Source: Eledone cirrhosa (Eukaryota). From it: DNA of 64,000 bases. Shown one piece after another: positions 11,780 to 24,700 of the stretch; the first letter of the stretch is position 1, and every line of letters starts with the position of its first letter. The notes under the pieces are model-generated. The model was not told where the DNA came from. It worked only from the letters and a program-made list of their open reading frames with translations, and did no database searches. The position numbers were made by a program, and so were the translations under genes. The stretch lies in the NCBI GenBank assembly GCA_964016885.1, contig OZ024751.1, positions 29,822,001-29,886,000 of the forward strand, given 5' to 3'.

Positions 11780-13185
11780 ACTATATATATGTGTTTGTGT
11801 CTATATTATATCTGTATTTTTGACCGTTGGTCAGTCAGTGGTAAACATTGAGGACCGAATAAATTAACTGATATAAAAGATACAGAAGCGAAAACCAACC
11901 AAATAGTGAGTGTGTTCTGTTATTAATTCTGGCAATATTATTACAACAATATGACCCTCCCCAAGTATAAAAATATTTGTTTCGACACACGATTTCATAT
12001 CAAAAACCTCACAAAATATATATATATATATTTATATATATATTTATAAAGTATATATAAACCTGTAGAACAAATATTAAACTTTACTCTGTACTAATAA
12101 TACATATAACACCAAAGTTGTCATATCCTTGACACAACTGAAGAGTTCTTCTGACCCTTTTTGTTTGGCAGGTTCTCTATAGCTGGATGCCCTTCCTATC
12201 ACTAACCACTTTACAGAATGTATTGGCTGCATTTATCATGTTGATTACCAATATTATGGAGGATATCATCCATGGTACAACTGAAGAATCCACCCAAACT
12301 TTTTCTGAATGCTCTTCTCATCTCCACTTTACAGAAAGGAAATCACAATGAGTCATGTAAATATTTCATGGTCCAGCTGGATAAGCTAACGAATCTGTTA
12401 CCCTGAAAGATGGCAACTGGGATACACTGAAAAAGTATTATCTAACTTGTGAGGCTCGTTCTTTCATATGGCCATCTTCATCATGATAAAACTGAGTAGG
12501 GAGGATAAGAAACTCTCAACTAAACTATTGAAGTTTGTACCTTATTTTAATTCATCAGCAATTGACTGATTGAGTCACAAAGAGAAGAAATCAGTCGTTA
12601 GCAGTTGTGTCACCTGTTGAAAAATTGCAGACTATGTTTTGTTTTTTAACGCTTAAATGGCTTCAGGGTCAGGGTGGAGTGGGGAAGTGTGCTCTCTTTC
12701 TTTCTCTCTCTCGCTCTCACTCACTTTCTCTCTCTCACATTCTCTCTGCTAACTAAAAGATAACAACGGCAAACACAACAAAATAATAAGAAAATTAAAG
12801 ACAATAAAAAGAAAAGAGAAACAATTCCAAACAAAAAATATAACAACAACAATAATAACAACATCAACATCAATAAGAACAACATGAAATTGTTTTTACG
12901 TTGATACAATGTTTGGTAAAACATGTAGTATTGATGACAATAGCTTCAAGCCATACTTTATTTCCTTCGGTTCCTCTGGGAGTCTTGTAATGTTGATTGC
13001 AAGAAATGGAGAATTGAAATAAAAACATAACAACAATAATAACAACAATAACATAACAACAACAACAATAACATAACAACAACTACAATGACAATAATAC
13101 TAACAGAAATAACATAACAATAACATAACAGCAACTACTACAACAACAATAACAACAACATAAGAACGATAATAATAATAATAAT

Positions 13186-13635
13186 AATGATTTCTTTATT
13201 GGCCACAAGGGCTGACATCAAGAAAAACATTACAGACGGTACAGGACGGCACAGGAGGGTACGATGTGGGTGTAAATATTTTTATTTATATAAGAAAAGA
13301 AAAAAAGACATAGAAACATATATATATATAAACAATAAAAATGAAAATTGAAACAATGAAAAATTCCCCAATAGGGGGGAAATCTCCGAGGGTTACTCGT
13401 GGCGAAAATCACACAAAAGACCACGGCCACCCTGACCACCAGGGCAAGCACCCTCTCTCAATTTTTCCATTTCTCAAACTACAGATGTATATTCAGAGTG
13501 GCCCTGTTCTAATAATAATAATAATGATTTCTTTATTGGCCACAAGGGCTGACATCAAGAAAAACATTACAGACGGCACAGGATGGTACAGGAGGGTACA
13601 GGGGGGGTACAGGGGGGTACGATGTGGGTTTTGTG
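13186..13635 (-). mobile_element. Duplicated L1/Tx1-like LINE 3' ends
   Basis: Reverse complement ends CCCTTGTGGCCAATAAAGAAATCATTATT twice (about 13190 and 13525); a related end lies at 62780-62925. Confidence 0.55.
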
Positions 13636-14270
13636 CGTGTAAAGATTTTTATTATTTATATTAAAAAAATAAATAAATAAAATTTAAAAAAAATAGTAAT
13701 AATAACAACAATAACAACAGCAGCAACATAACAGGAATAATAATAATAATAACAACGATAGCAACAACAACATAACAGGAATAATAATAACAACAACAAC
13801 AGCAACAACAAGGAATCCTTCATGGGCAAATCAAAAATGATTACTTATATTTCTTCTTCGAGAGATACACTAAACATTTGACTAATTATTGCTAAACTGC
13901 AGTTACAGTGTACTGAAGAAGTAGAGCAGTGATGGTGGCGGTGGTGATGGGATTGGGGGGAGGGCTTCCTTGAGTAACCTTTTACTGTTATTTATTTATT
14001 GTTGGTTGTTGTTGTTTTGGTGTGTGTGTGGCAGGGGAGGGGAGGGCTGCTTATTTTTATTTTTATATGTATATGTGTGTGTGTTTGTGTTATTTTTATT
14101 TTCAGGAATAAAGTGATTACCTATACCTCTGAAATAAATAAATAAATAAATAAATATATATATATATATATATATCTCTGTGTGTGTGTATATATGTATA
14201 TGTATTTGTATGTGTATATATATATATATATATGTATGTATATATATATGTATGTATATATATATGTATG

Positions 14271-14317
<47 letters not shown>

Positions 14318-14557
14318 GTATATATATGTATATATATATATGTATGTATATATATATATGTATATATATATGTATATATATATATGTATATATATGTATA
14401 TATATATGTATGTGTATATATATATATATATTATATGTATGTAAGTAAATATATATATATGTATGTGTTTATATATATATATATATGTGTTTATATATGT
14501 GTATATATATATATATGTATGTATATGTATATATATGTATATATATATGTATGTGTT

Positions 14558-14605
<48 letters not shown>

Positions 14606-14679
14606 TTTTTTGTCTTGGGGTCCACCAATAGCTACAAGGCAGTCGTTTGTAGAATATTGATGGGATCTAAGAACATTTC

Positions 14680-14970
14680 TGCTGTTGTTGTTGTTGTTGT
14701 TGTTGTTGCTCTCGTTGTTACTGCTGCTCTTGCTGTTGCTGTTATTGTTGTTGCTGTTATTGTTGTTGCTGTTGTTGCTGTTGTTGTTGTTGTTATTGTT
14801 GTTGCTGTTGTTGTAATTGTTGTTGCTCTCGTTGTTACTGCTGCTCTTGTTGTTGTTGTTGTTGTTGCTGTTGTTGCTGTTGTTCCTGTTACTGCTGTTG
14901 TTGTTCCTGTTGGTATTGATGTTGTTGTTGTTATTGTTGTTACTGTTGCTGTTGTTGTTATTATTGTTAC
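14680..14970. repeat. (GTT/GCT)n trinucleotide repeat
   Basis: Seen directly. Confidence 0.95.
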
Positions 14971-14977
14971 CACACAC

Positions 14978-15170
14978 GGCGGTGGATTGGCAGTATCGGT
15001 AGAAGGTCGGACACCATACTTTGAAGCATAGAGTTATGCCCCTTTACGGTCTGAGTTCAAAACCTGCCGAGGTTAAATTTGCCTTTCATCCTTACAAGGT
15101 CGATAAAATAAAGTACCAGTAATGCACTGGGATAACTGCTGGCCTTGTGCCAAAAGTAGAAATAATTATT
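14978..15170 (+). mobile_element. SINE family 2, full length
   Basis: Head, B box, body and ATT tail all present. Confidence 0.88.
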
Positions 15171-15499
15171 ATTGTTACTGCTGCTGTTGTTGTTACTGCT
15201 GATGTTGTTACAGTCAATGTTGTTGTTACTGCTGCTGTTGTTGTTACTGTTGATGTTGTTGTTACTGCTGCTGTTGCCGCTGTTGTTACTGCTGCTGTTG
15301 CCGCTGTTGTTGCTGCTGCAGTATGTCTTGAAGCAAGCTTTCTTTGTTTTCTACATTATACACCCTTGTAGGTCTGTACCTCTGAACTTACAATGTATGT
15401 GTGTGTGTGTGTGTGTACAAATAGTTGTTTGTTTTATATATATATATATGTGTGTGTGTTTGTGTGTGTGTGCCTGTGTGTACAAATAGTTGTTTGTTT

Positions 15500-15532
<33 letters not shown>

Positions 15533-15741
15533 TTGTGTGAGGACTAAAATCCAAAGAGGGTTCGATAAGGATAAATATATATCAAATATATAAGAACCCT
15601 AGAGCAAATATTTATATGAATCTCAGAAGATCCCGTTAAGGGTGAAAGCAGCGATTCTTTGCTTAAACTTTAATCTGTTATTTTAATAAATATATATATA
15701 GGAAAAGAGTCAGGACCCTGACGGCTGAGCTCTGGCCATTT

Positions 15742-15791
<50 letters not shown>

Positions 15792-16246
15792 TCACACACA
15801 TACATATGTATACACGCACATACTTATATATATTTGCTTATTGAAATATTTCAAATTATCACTACTGTCATTTTTATTATCTTCTCTCTCTCTCTCATCT
15901 AAATGATGTCAGCAGGGAATTTGATAAAAGGCTGTAGTTCTGTTTATGAACCAACTTATATTATAATATTCTATACACTATTAATTAACGCACCAATTAA
16001 TTATTAGTGCGTATCCTTTATGCAGATAATTAACTCAGCAATTTACAAATCTCAGATGAAGTTAGCAAATGTTGACATCTAATATTTTGTTCTAATTAAT
16101 GCCACTTCTTAATTAGTTCATTGTAATCAGGTCTCATATTGCAAAGGCTCATTGTTTAGTCACCTTCCCCTTCCAACTTTTAAGTTACATTCAACTTATA
16201 ACTGCGAAGTTTATCTAATAGCAGGTATGTGTCCAAGAAAATACAT

Positions 16247-16328
<82 letters not shown>

Positions 16329-16526
16329 ACATACACACACACAGACACACCCACAGGCATACAAACACATATTTATATGGTCCAACCCATGCCAACTTGG
16401 AAAAGCAGACGTTAAATATGTGCATATGTGTATGAGAAAAGTCAACAAGAAAAAAACAACACATGAGAACATACATTTCAAAGATTATGTATATTAGTAT
16501 AATGCTTGATATAGTTTGTAAAAGAG

Positions 16527-16562
16527 TCTTAATGTTTCAGACGATAGTCCTTCATTAGAAGA
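16527..16562 (-). ncRNA. Decayed minimal hammerhead (family B)
   Basis: Reverse complement TCTT-CTAATGA-AGGAC tatc GTCT-GAAA-CATT-AAGA; core has a G5>A substitution. Confidence 0.4.
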
Positions 16563-18151
16563 TAGAATAAGGAATAGAAGATGAAATCAGGACTGGAGGT
16601 GGTTTCAGGTGGTTTGGTATCAAAAAGTTAAGCTGGTGTTTGGAGCATAACTTAATAAAGGTTCTTACTTAGAATTATGATGGCAACAGGTTTTTAGATA
16701 AATATAAATACTTTAAAACAAACAGTTTTGTATCATAGAAAGGGAGGTCGACTCAGGGGGTTTGATAAAAAAAATAATATTAAACCCTATTTTAATGTTA
16801 ATTTTTTTTATGTATTATTTTTTTGCCTTCTGTAGATTAGGTCTTAAAATGTCATCTACATTCCACCATTTCTTCAGAAAGAAAATTTTGTTTTTAATCC
16901 TTTTGATACCAAATTGCCTGAAAAAATCACAAGTTCTACAAAACTAAGCTGTTTATTTCATCTGAAAACCTTCCATCACATCTTTATATAAGAATCATCA
17001 TCATCATCATCGTCATCATCATTGTTTAACATCCATTTTCTGTGCTTACATGAGTTAGATGGCTCCTCATGTTAAGAGTAAAGTCAGATCAGGTGAACAC
17101 ATCTTGCTCATATGGACCTGTATTTTGACTTGGTTTCTATAGCTAGATGCCCTTCCTTACAGCAATCATGTTAAGTTATATTCCAAACACCAGCGATATA
17201 ATAAAAAAGTAGTTTGATATTCTACTTAATTTTTTTTAATTCCTGAATATTTTCTAAATAATAGGCAGTTTTTCATTAAAAATATGGCAACAATGTGTTG
17301 AATGGGGTTAAAGTGTTTATATTTGTCTAAAAACCTCCCGTCATAATTTTATGTAAGAACCTTTGTAAGATTATGTTCCAAACACCAAATTATTAAGTAA
17401 TGAGGAAGTTTGTAATATTACAAAATCTCTTCAAATTCCTGATTTTTAAAATTATATGCAATGTCTTATATAAATCTAAAAACACCCACCAAATATTAAA
17501 AACCAATGTGACATTTTAAATAACTTATTTATAAATTATACATATTCATACACACACTCACATTTACACACCATTCCCTTTTCCAGCATCACAGACATTT
17601 TTTTACACACCATTCCCTTTTCCAACATCACAGATATTTTACACGAAAGCTACCACAGCTACCACAGCTTTAATGTAATAGATGACAAGGTTGACACAGC
17701 AGATTTTCTGTTGTTGAAACAGATGTTTGTTTTTTTAATCCCTAGATATTCTCATATTCTTTTATTCTGTATCATAAAGCAGATCTACTCCCAATATGGC
17801 ACGTAGTTCCACTGAAATAAAAATACTCTCCCCCCTAAAAAACAAAAAAAAAACGTGTGAATTTGTCTATTACTTGCATGTTTGTTTGTGTCTGTGTTTG
17901 TGTGTGTGTACTTGTGTGTATGTGTGTATGTGCTTATCTGTGTGTGTGTGTTTGTGAGTCTGTGCTTGTCTGTGTGTATGTGTGCATATTTTTGCATATG
18001 GAAATAAATATATTCATCTACACACAGACAGACATACATATTTGTGCATGTATGTATATAAGTTTGACTATACAAACAAGAGATACAAAATTCAACAATA
18101 CATGAGCAGAATGTTAAAGTACATACTTATATATATATATCTTTACCTCAT

Positions 18152-18352
18152 CTAAGGCGGGTAAAATTCCCGAGATCCATGGACGAGTTCTCTCCAGCGG
18201 TCTCTGTCCCTCATTATTGCTGCCATGTCCTGCGTCTCCAACAGACCAGTGTCTGTCCTTAGGGCATCAACATACATTAACCTTGGTCTTCCTCTTCTAG
18301 TGTGTCCATGTAGGGGCTCCCACAGGAGCACTGAGTGCAATGTCAACTCTGG
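18152..18352 (-). mobile_element. RTE-like LINE ORF C-terminus fragment
   Basis: VLLWEPLHGHTRRGRPRLMYVDALRTDTG...MRDRDRWRELV, a typical RTE C-terminal motif. Confidence 0.8.
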
Positions 18353-18495
18353 ATATATATATATATGTACGTATATATATATATATGTACGTATGTATGT
18401 AAAAGGTAAACAGAAATAACAAAAGTAACAAAACAAACGGCACAGTACATGGAAGAAATATAATTAGTTTAACACTTGAAGTAGCAGGAAGAGAG

Positions 18496-18531
18496 TCTTA
18501 ATGTTTTGGACACTAGTCCTTCATCTGGAGA
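18496..18531 (-). ncRNA. Decayed minimal hammerhead (family B)
   Basis: Reverse complement TCTC-CAGATGA-AGGAC tagt GTCC-AAAA-CATT-AAGA; homologous to 16527-16562 but with different core lesions. Confidence 0.35.
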
Positions 18532-18661
18532 TAGAGTTCAGATACAGAAGATAACTAGAAAGTAAAAATTGATGAGAGGAAGGAATGAGGAAAGGGAGAA
18601 AAAAAAAACACAAGTGTGTATTCAGTCAGCCATCAGCAGCAGCTATTTATATATATATATA

Positions 18662-18739
18662 CAGGGTGTCCCCCAAAAATGTATTCACACTGTCATTAGA
18701 ATGCTGTTGAAGTGTGTATACATTTTGGGGGACATCCTA
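18662..18739. mobile_element. Tiny Tc1/mariner-type MITE
   Basis: TA|CAGGGTGTCCCCCAAAAATGTA...TACATTTTGGGGGACATCCTA|TA; homologous to 5733-5811. Confidence 0.8.
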
Positions 18740-18806
18740 TATATGTAAGAAATCTTGCAAAACAAATTCAAAAACGAATTATATATATATATAAACATTA
18801 TATATA

Positions 18807-19459
18807 CTAGCAGAAAACCACCCTTCGTGTGGTTTTCTGCTAGCATGTGTAGTGTGTATATTGATATTATGTGCAAGTATATATACATGTAGATATGATA
18901 CATCAAATGAAATCGTAATTGACAATATACACAGAAATTGAGCAAAGACTGTGTTACACTGTCTTATGTAATCAGTAAAGTAATCCATGATACATTAAAA
19001 AGAGACAATATTATATATAAACTGCATTGGGAAAAAATTAGTGACAGAAAATTAGTATGTTTATTTAGGCGATGGCCAACCGGAAGTGTTGACATTGCAG
19101 AAATGTTAAAGAAGTGAATCTTTAAATTAACAAAACATATTTAATCAACAGCCACGAAATTTAGTAGATAAATTATGTAATATTCATTCATTATTTATTC
19201 AAAGTAATGGCGGTGGATTGGCAGTATCGGTAGAGGGTCGGACGCCATGCTGAGTTCAAATCCCGCCGAGGTTAACTTTACCTTTCATCCTTACGGGATC
19301 GATAAAATAAAGTACCAGTAATACACTGAGTAATTGCTGGCCTTGTGCCAAAAAGTAGAAACAATTATTTATTCAAAGTAATCCAACTTATTTTACTAAT
19401 GGGATAAAAAATTATAAACCATACGCAGTCCTGCACTCCTTACTTTATTATAGTTTAGA
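18807..19459 (-). mobile_element. Non-autonomous Helitron-like element with nested SINE
   Basis: The minus strand begins A|TCTAAACTATAATAAAG and ends TTTTCTGCTAG|T (AT target, no TSD); 15-bp terminal hairpin. Confidence 0.7.
19209..19363 (+). mobile_element. tRNA-derived SINE, family 2, with 19-bp TSD
   Basis: GGCGGTGGATTGGCAG head, GAGTTCAAATCCC B box, CCTTTCATCCTTACGGG-TCGATAAAATAAAGTACCAG body; TSD ATTATTTATTCAAAGTAAT at 19190-19208 and 19364-19382. Confidence 0.9.
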
Positions 19460-19892
19460 TATATATCTATAAACATTGTATATATATATATATATAACTA
19501 CATAAACAGAGAAAGCTATTAGCGATACTCCGACCAATTTCCAACTCACTCAACAAACATTAGGAAATAGCGGAGTATATTCCCAATTAAACGTTTGGGG
19601 TGCTAACTATATTGTATTGTGTGGATACTTGGCTGTATTATTTTATAGGAGATATATTAAAGATCTCATTTCCCAAACGAATCGTTTCATTGTAAGATTT
19701 CTACATGGTGGGTGAAATTATACCAAGTGAATTAGAAACTTGTGTAAAATCAATGGATTCTTATGTAAGTGGGCTCTTACAGATCTTCAGTGGGTGCCCA
19801 GTATATATATATATATATATATACATATATAAACATTATAATATATATATAAACATATATATATATATATATAAACATTATATATATATATG

Positions 19893-19924
<32 letters not shown>

Positions 19925-20688
19925 AACATTATATATATATGTATATATATATAAATATATATATATATATAAACATTATATATATATATGTATATATATA
20001 AACATATATATATATATATATGTATATATATAAACATATATGTATATATATAAACATATATGTATATATATATATATAAACATATGTATATATATATCAA
20101 CATTATATATATATGTATATATATATACACACACATGTATGTATGTATTATAACAAATACATCCAATAAAATATATATTTGTATTTATTAGAGATGATCC
20201 TAAAACCAAACGTTTACATTTTTTCACAGCTCTTCTCCAGAAAAATATTCTTTGTTGATCCGTGAAAAATCATAAAATACTGACCATTTCTGTAGTTTCC
20301 TATAAATTCTCTACACATTTCATCTGTATCATCATCATCATCCACTTCTTCGTCTTCGTCTTCTTCTTCGTCTTCCCCACACCCTTCATTACCCACCCCT
20401 TCTCTTCACCTACTCCTCTATTGTGAAACCTCTCATTCTTTCACTCACTGCTGAATTTTTATATTTCAAAGTAGTATATAATATATATATATATAGATAT
20501 AGATAGAGAGAGAGAGAGAGAGGGGGGGTTTACAGCAGACGTTAAATGATGATGGTGATGATGTATATATGTAAATATATACACATTTATATGTACTAAT
20601 ATATATATATATATATATATATATCATATATCTATATCTGTGTGTGTGCATTATATATGTAGAGTATATATATAATATATAGGTGTGT

Positions 20689-20737
<49 letters not shown>

Positions 20738-20937
20738 CAAAAAGTTCTTCTTCTTACCTTAGGGAGTTAGAACTTAACATGTATTGGTTTCCTATAGAAT
20801 TACCCCCAATCAGCTGGAGATGAGCTGGATTCCTATTGATCAAAAAACATTGTAGGGAGAAAAAATGAAACTACAAAAATAACACAAAAGAAATAGGCAT
20901 AAAACATAATAAGAAATAACCAGTGTGTGGTAGATAT

Positions 20938-20968
<31 letters not shown>

Positions 20969-22241
20969 TATAGATAAGTAGGTAGGTAGGTAAATATATA
21001 GATGGATGGATAGATAGATGGATAGATAGATAGATAGGTAGATAGGTAGGCAGATAGACATATAGATATACATAGATAGGTAGGCAGGTAGAAAGATAAG
21101 TAAGTTTAGATAGAAAGATAGATGCATAAATATAGATAGATAAGTAGTTAGGATAGACAGTTAGATAGGCAGAAGTAATTAGGTATAGATAGACAGATTG
21201 TAGCCTATATATATATATATATATATATATGAGAAAAAATACAGAGGAGATATGATGGGGGAATGAAGAGGTGGAGCAAGGATAATAAAGGAGAGTAAGG
21301 AGGCAATGAAGGTGAGGGACACGTTGGCGGTAATATATCAATACTTGAAGAACGTTTGAAGTCACTTCTGCCAGTTTATATCGGTTTGATTTTTAATACT
21401 TGAGCTATATAACATGTGAAGCATTGTTACATATGAAAGCCATCTTGATGAAGGGATGAAGATGTTCAGTATGATCGCCGCGACACAGAGAAGCTTTCAA
21501 TTAGCATCAAATGTTTTGTCAAGGAGTATTTTTATATTCTCCATACAATTGCTCGTTGTGTGTGTTGTATATTGTTGTTATGTTGTGCGTTATGTTGTTA
21601 TGTTGTGTGTAGTGTGCTGTGTCTAATGTGTAGCAGTTACTGCTGCTGCTGTTCTTCCTTGCTTGTTGTTATGCAATGTTGGCTGGTTGGTTGGTTGGTA
21701 TTTATTTCTACTTGAGCATGACTGCCAACATTTTTGTGTTTGGGGTTGGTTGCATCCACCCCCCTTTTTTTTTTATTGTATATGCATGTGTGTGTACGTG
21801 TATATATATATATGTTTGTATATATGTATATGTATATATGTGTGTATATATACATATATATATATCTGAGTGTATGTATGTGTGTTGTGATTTAAGTGAA
21901 ATATCTTAGCATCTTGACTTGTGTGAAAACATCCATCAGATACTTCAAAATTCTGTTGATGTTCACAAGATGGATAGAAAGAAAAGTTGGTTATATAGTG
22001 GAAATTTATAGTTACTTGTAGTTATATAAGTTCACACATCATCATCATCACCATTCACAACATATACACACTCTGACATATGTACTTACACACATGCACA
22101 CTCATGTACACACTATATAAATATTATAATTGTTAACACAGCTGAAATTATTATTTTCCCTGTCGGTCTCTTTCTATCTATCTATCTGTTTCACTATGTA
22201 TTTCCCCAATTATCTATTGTATTCACTAATAAATATATATA

Positions 22242-22428
22242 ATAATTGTTTCTACTTTTGGCACTAGGCCAGCAATTACCCAGTACATTACTGGTACTTT
22301 ATTTTATCGACCCCGTAAGGATGAAAGGTAAAGTTAACCTCGACGGGATTTGAACTCAGACCATAAAGGGACGTAACTATGCTAGAAAGCATGGCGTCCA
22401 ACCCTCTACCGATACTGTCAATTCACCA
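22242..22428 (-). mobile_element. SINE family 2
   Basis: Reverse complement of a near full-length copy. Confidence 0.85.
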
Positions 22429-23432
22429 AATACTAACAAATACTGTTCCTGCTTTGTCTTTTTGGAGTCCCTAAACGTTTCTGTATATGAAGACAATAAT
22501 TAAATGTATACACATTTGTTTACAGCAAGGCATATAATGATTTATTTATTTAATTTCACTTTTCTTTTAATTATTTTACATATAATAAATACAAAACATT
22601 ATAGTTATACCGACGTTATATTTATCTTAGATTTCTTTATATACACAGTTTGGTGCATAAATATTCACCATGAAAACAGTTGAAGCAATTTAGTTTCAAG
22701 CAGCAATTTCTTTCATAAGTTTTCAGAATAAATTTTCATTTCACATAAGCATTTAGTTCAGTGTTAAGTACAGTTTAGAGTTATGTTGGAATAATAAAAG
22801 TTTTAACCAATTAACTACTTTATGGATGGCTGAGCAGGATAAATTAATATTTAATCAGATATGTGTGTGGTATTCTGAATTCATACTTGCATAATTTCTA
22901 ATCAAATCATTCAGTCTATTTGCTGAACTACTACAACCTCACACTTGAATTCATTCTATTTTGTATTCATTTGATCATCTTTTGGCACTGAAATCTTCCA
23001 AACTTTGTGGCAGCTTCTTTATGTCATCTTCTGACTTGTCTCTCTTTCTCATTTTCTTTCTAATGATGCACTGCGATAGAATGTATATAGAGACTGATTA
23101 ACCTCATCACTACTGACCCACCTGAAATACTACTTCTGGTGGTTTCTCTCAGAGGAAGCAGTCCATTTTAAAGTGTTTGTGTCTAAATTAAAACCTTCCT
23201 GCATAGTTTTATGTGAGAACTATGTTATTGTCAAGTTCTCAACAACAACTTCATGTAAAACTCTTGATTGTCTTCTGTTTTGTTTTTTGCTTCTTCCAAA
23301 ATTCATTTTAACATGGTCATGAAAGAGTTAAGACTTAGACTGTACATTTAGAAACGTTGTGCCACTAGATTCAGATGATTTAGTTGAACTTTTAACTATA
23401 AGCCTACTTTGTACTACTGATATATATATATG

Positions 23433-23512
23433 GGAAAATGTTTGACCCTGACGGCAGAGCTCAAGCCATTTTGAAACAGCTTGAACTCTGTCGTCGGGGT
23501 CAAACATTTTCC
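23433..23512. repeat. 34-bp-arm hairpin at the end of a dispersed repeat
   Basis: GGAAAATGTTTGACCCTGACGGCAGAGCTCAAGC pairs with GCTTGAACTCTGTCGTCGGGGTCAAACATTTTCC (two G-U, one mismatch). Confidence 0.8.
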
Positions 23513-23761
23513 TATTACCCACTCTACTACCCTAAGTATTGAGTACTTTGGTGCGTTATGGTCCATCTGGTTCCTCACCACACCTCCTTCGTTGTATATT
23601 AGAATCGGTGCTCTGAAATAGCGATGTATATATGAATGTATATATAGTATGCTTAATTAAATATATAGTATGCTTAATTAAAAACATTTTGAAGACCTTA
23701 CGCTATTGTTTTAAAGTAGTGACTATGTCACTTACTTCTTTTTTCAACAAAAAAAGGGAGA

Positions 23762-23809
23762 TAAGCTGATAGATCTCTGTTTCTTACTGTTGGTAATCAT
23801 CAGAGTTTA
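23762..23809 (-). ncRNA. Type I hammerhead ribozyme, inverted sister copy
   Basis: Reverse complement reads TAAACT-CTGATGA-TTAC caaca GTAA-GAAA-CAGAGATCTA-TC-AGCTTA. Stem II is TTAC/GTAA (compensatory versus the + copy); one mismatch each in stems I and III. Confidence 0.7.
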
Positions 23810-23977
23810 GCACTCGCCTTTGTCTGTTGAAAATTATAAATGTTGGATTCTTATAGAATTCCAGTAATAATCAGGAACTGATTATACAGAACAATTGCCA
23901 GTCCAGCAAAAATTGAATTCTATAAAAATTCTATAAGAATCCAACATTTATAATTTTCAACAGGCAAAGGCGAGTGC

Positions 23978-24025
23978 TAAGCTCTGATGAGTACCAACAG
24001 TATGAAACAGAGATCTGTCAGCTTA
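23978..24025 (+). ncRNA. Type I hammerhead ribozyme, canonical core, GUC cleavage triplet
   Basis: TAAGCT-CTGATGA-GTAC caaca GTAT-GAAA-CAGAGATCTG-TC-AGCTTA. Stem I TAAGCT/AGCTTA (6 bp), stem II GTAC/GTAT, stem III ACAG/CTGT; predicted cut after C24019. Confidence 0.85.
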
Positions 24026-24189
24026 TCTCCCTTTGTTTGTTGAAAAAAGAAGTAAGTGACATAGTCACTACTTGAAAATAATAGGGTAAGGTCTTCAAAA
24101 TGTTTTTAATTAAAGATACAGTATATTGCCAAATATACTATATATATATATATATATATATTGTTATATATTGTTATATATATATATTG

Positions 24190-24263
<74 letters not shown>

Positions 24264-24355
24264 ATATATATATATATATTGTTATATATATATATATATA
24301 TTGTTATATATATATATATATATACATTCATATATATATATATATATATATTGTT

Positions 24356-24462
<107 letters not shown>

Positions 24463-24555
24463 ATATTTGTGGATGGTCATGTTGCCAATACTTCTAATAG
24501 AAAGAAACACATGCATTATATAATTTTCACTTTATTTTTATCTTTTTGAACAAAT

Positions 24556-24600
<45 letters not shown>

Positions 24601-24644
24601 CACATGTGTATATGTATGTATATATATACATACACACGTGTGTG

Positions 24645-24700
<56 letters not shown>

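Larger units (their letters stand above)
23674..24113. repeat. Inverted repeat, 187-bp arms (23674-23860 / 23927-24113), each carrying a hammerhead
   Basis: Direct reverse-complement match with scattered substitutions and a 66-bp spacer. Confidence 0.9.

Noticed and set aside
12438-12495. Possible minus-strand terminal exon FYHDEDGHMKERASQVR*
   Set aside because: Too short, with no partner exons or recognisable homology.
14117-15031. Poly-N, poly-T and poly-V ORFs
   Set aside because: (GTT)n and (TA)n microsatellites.
19755-19800. Minus-strand CTGAAGA followed by a TGTAAG/CTTACA hairpin
   Set aside because: The GAAA half of the core is missing.
21330-21550. Non-repetitive block that could be an exon
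   Set aside because: Stops in the frames examined; no recognisable protein.
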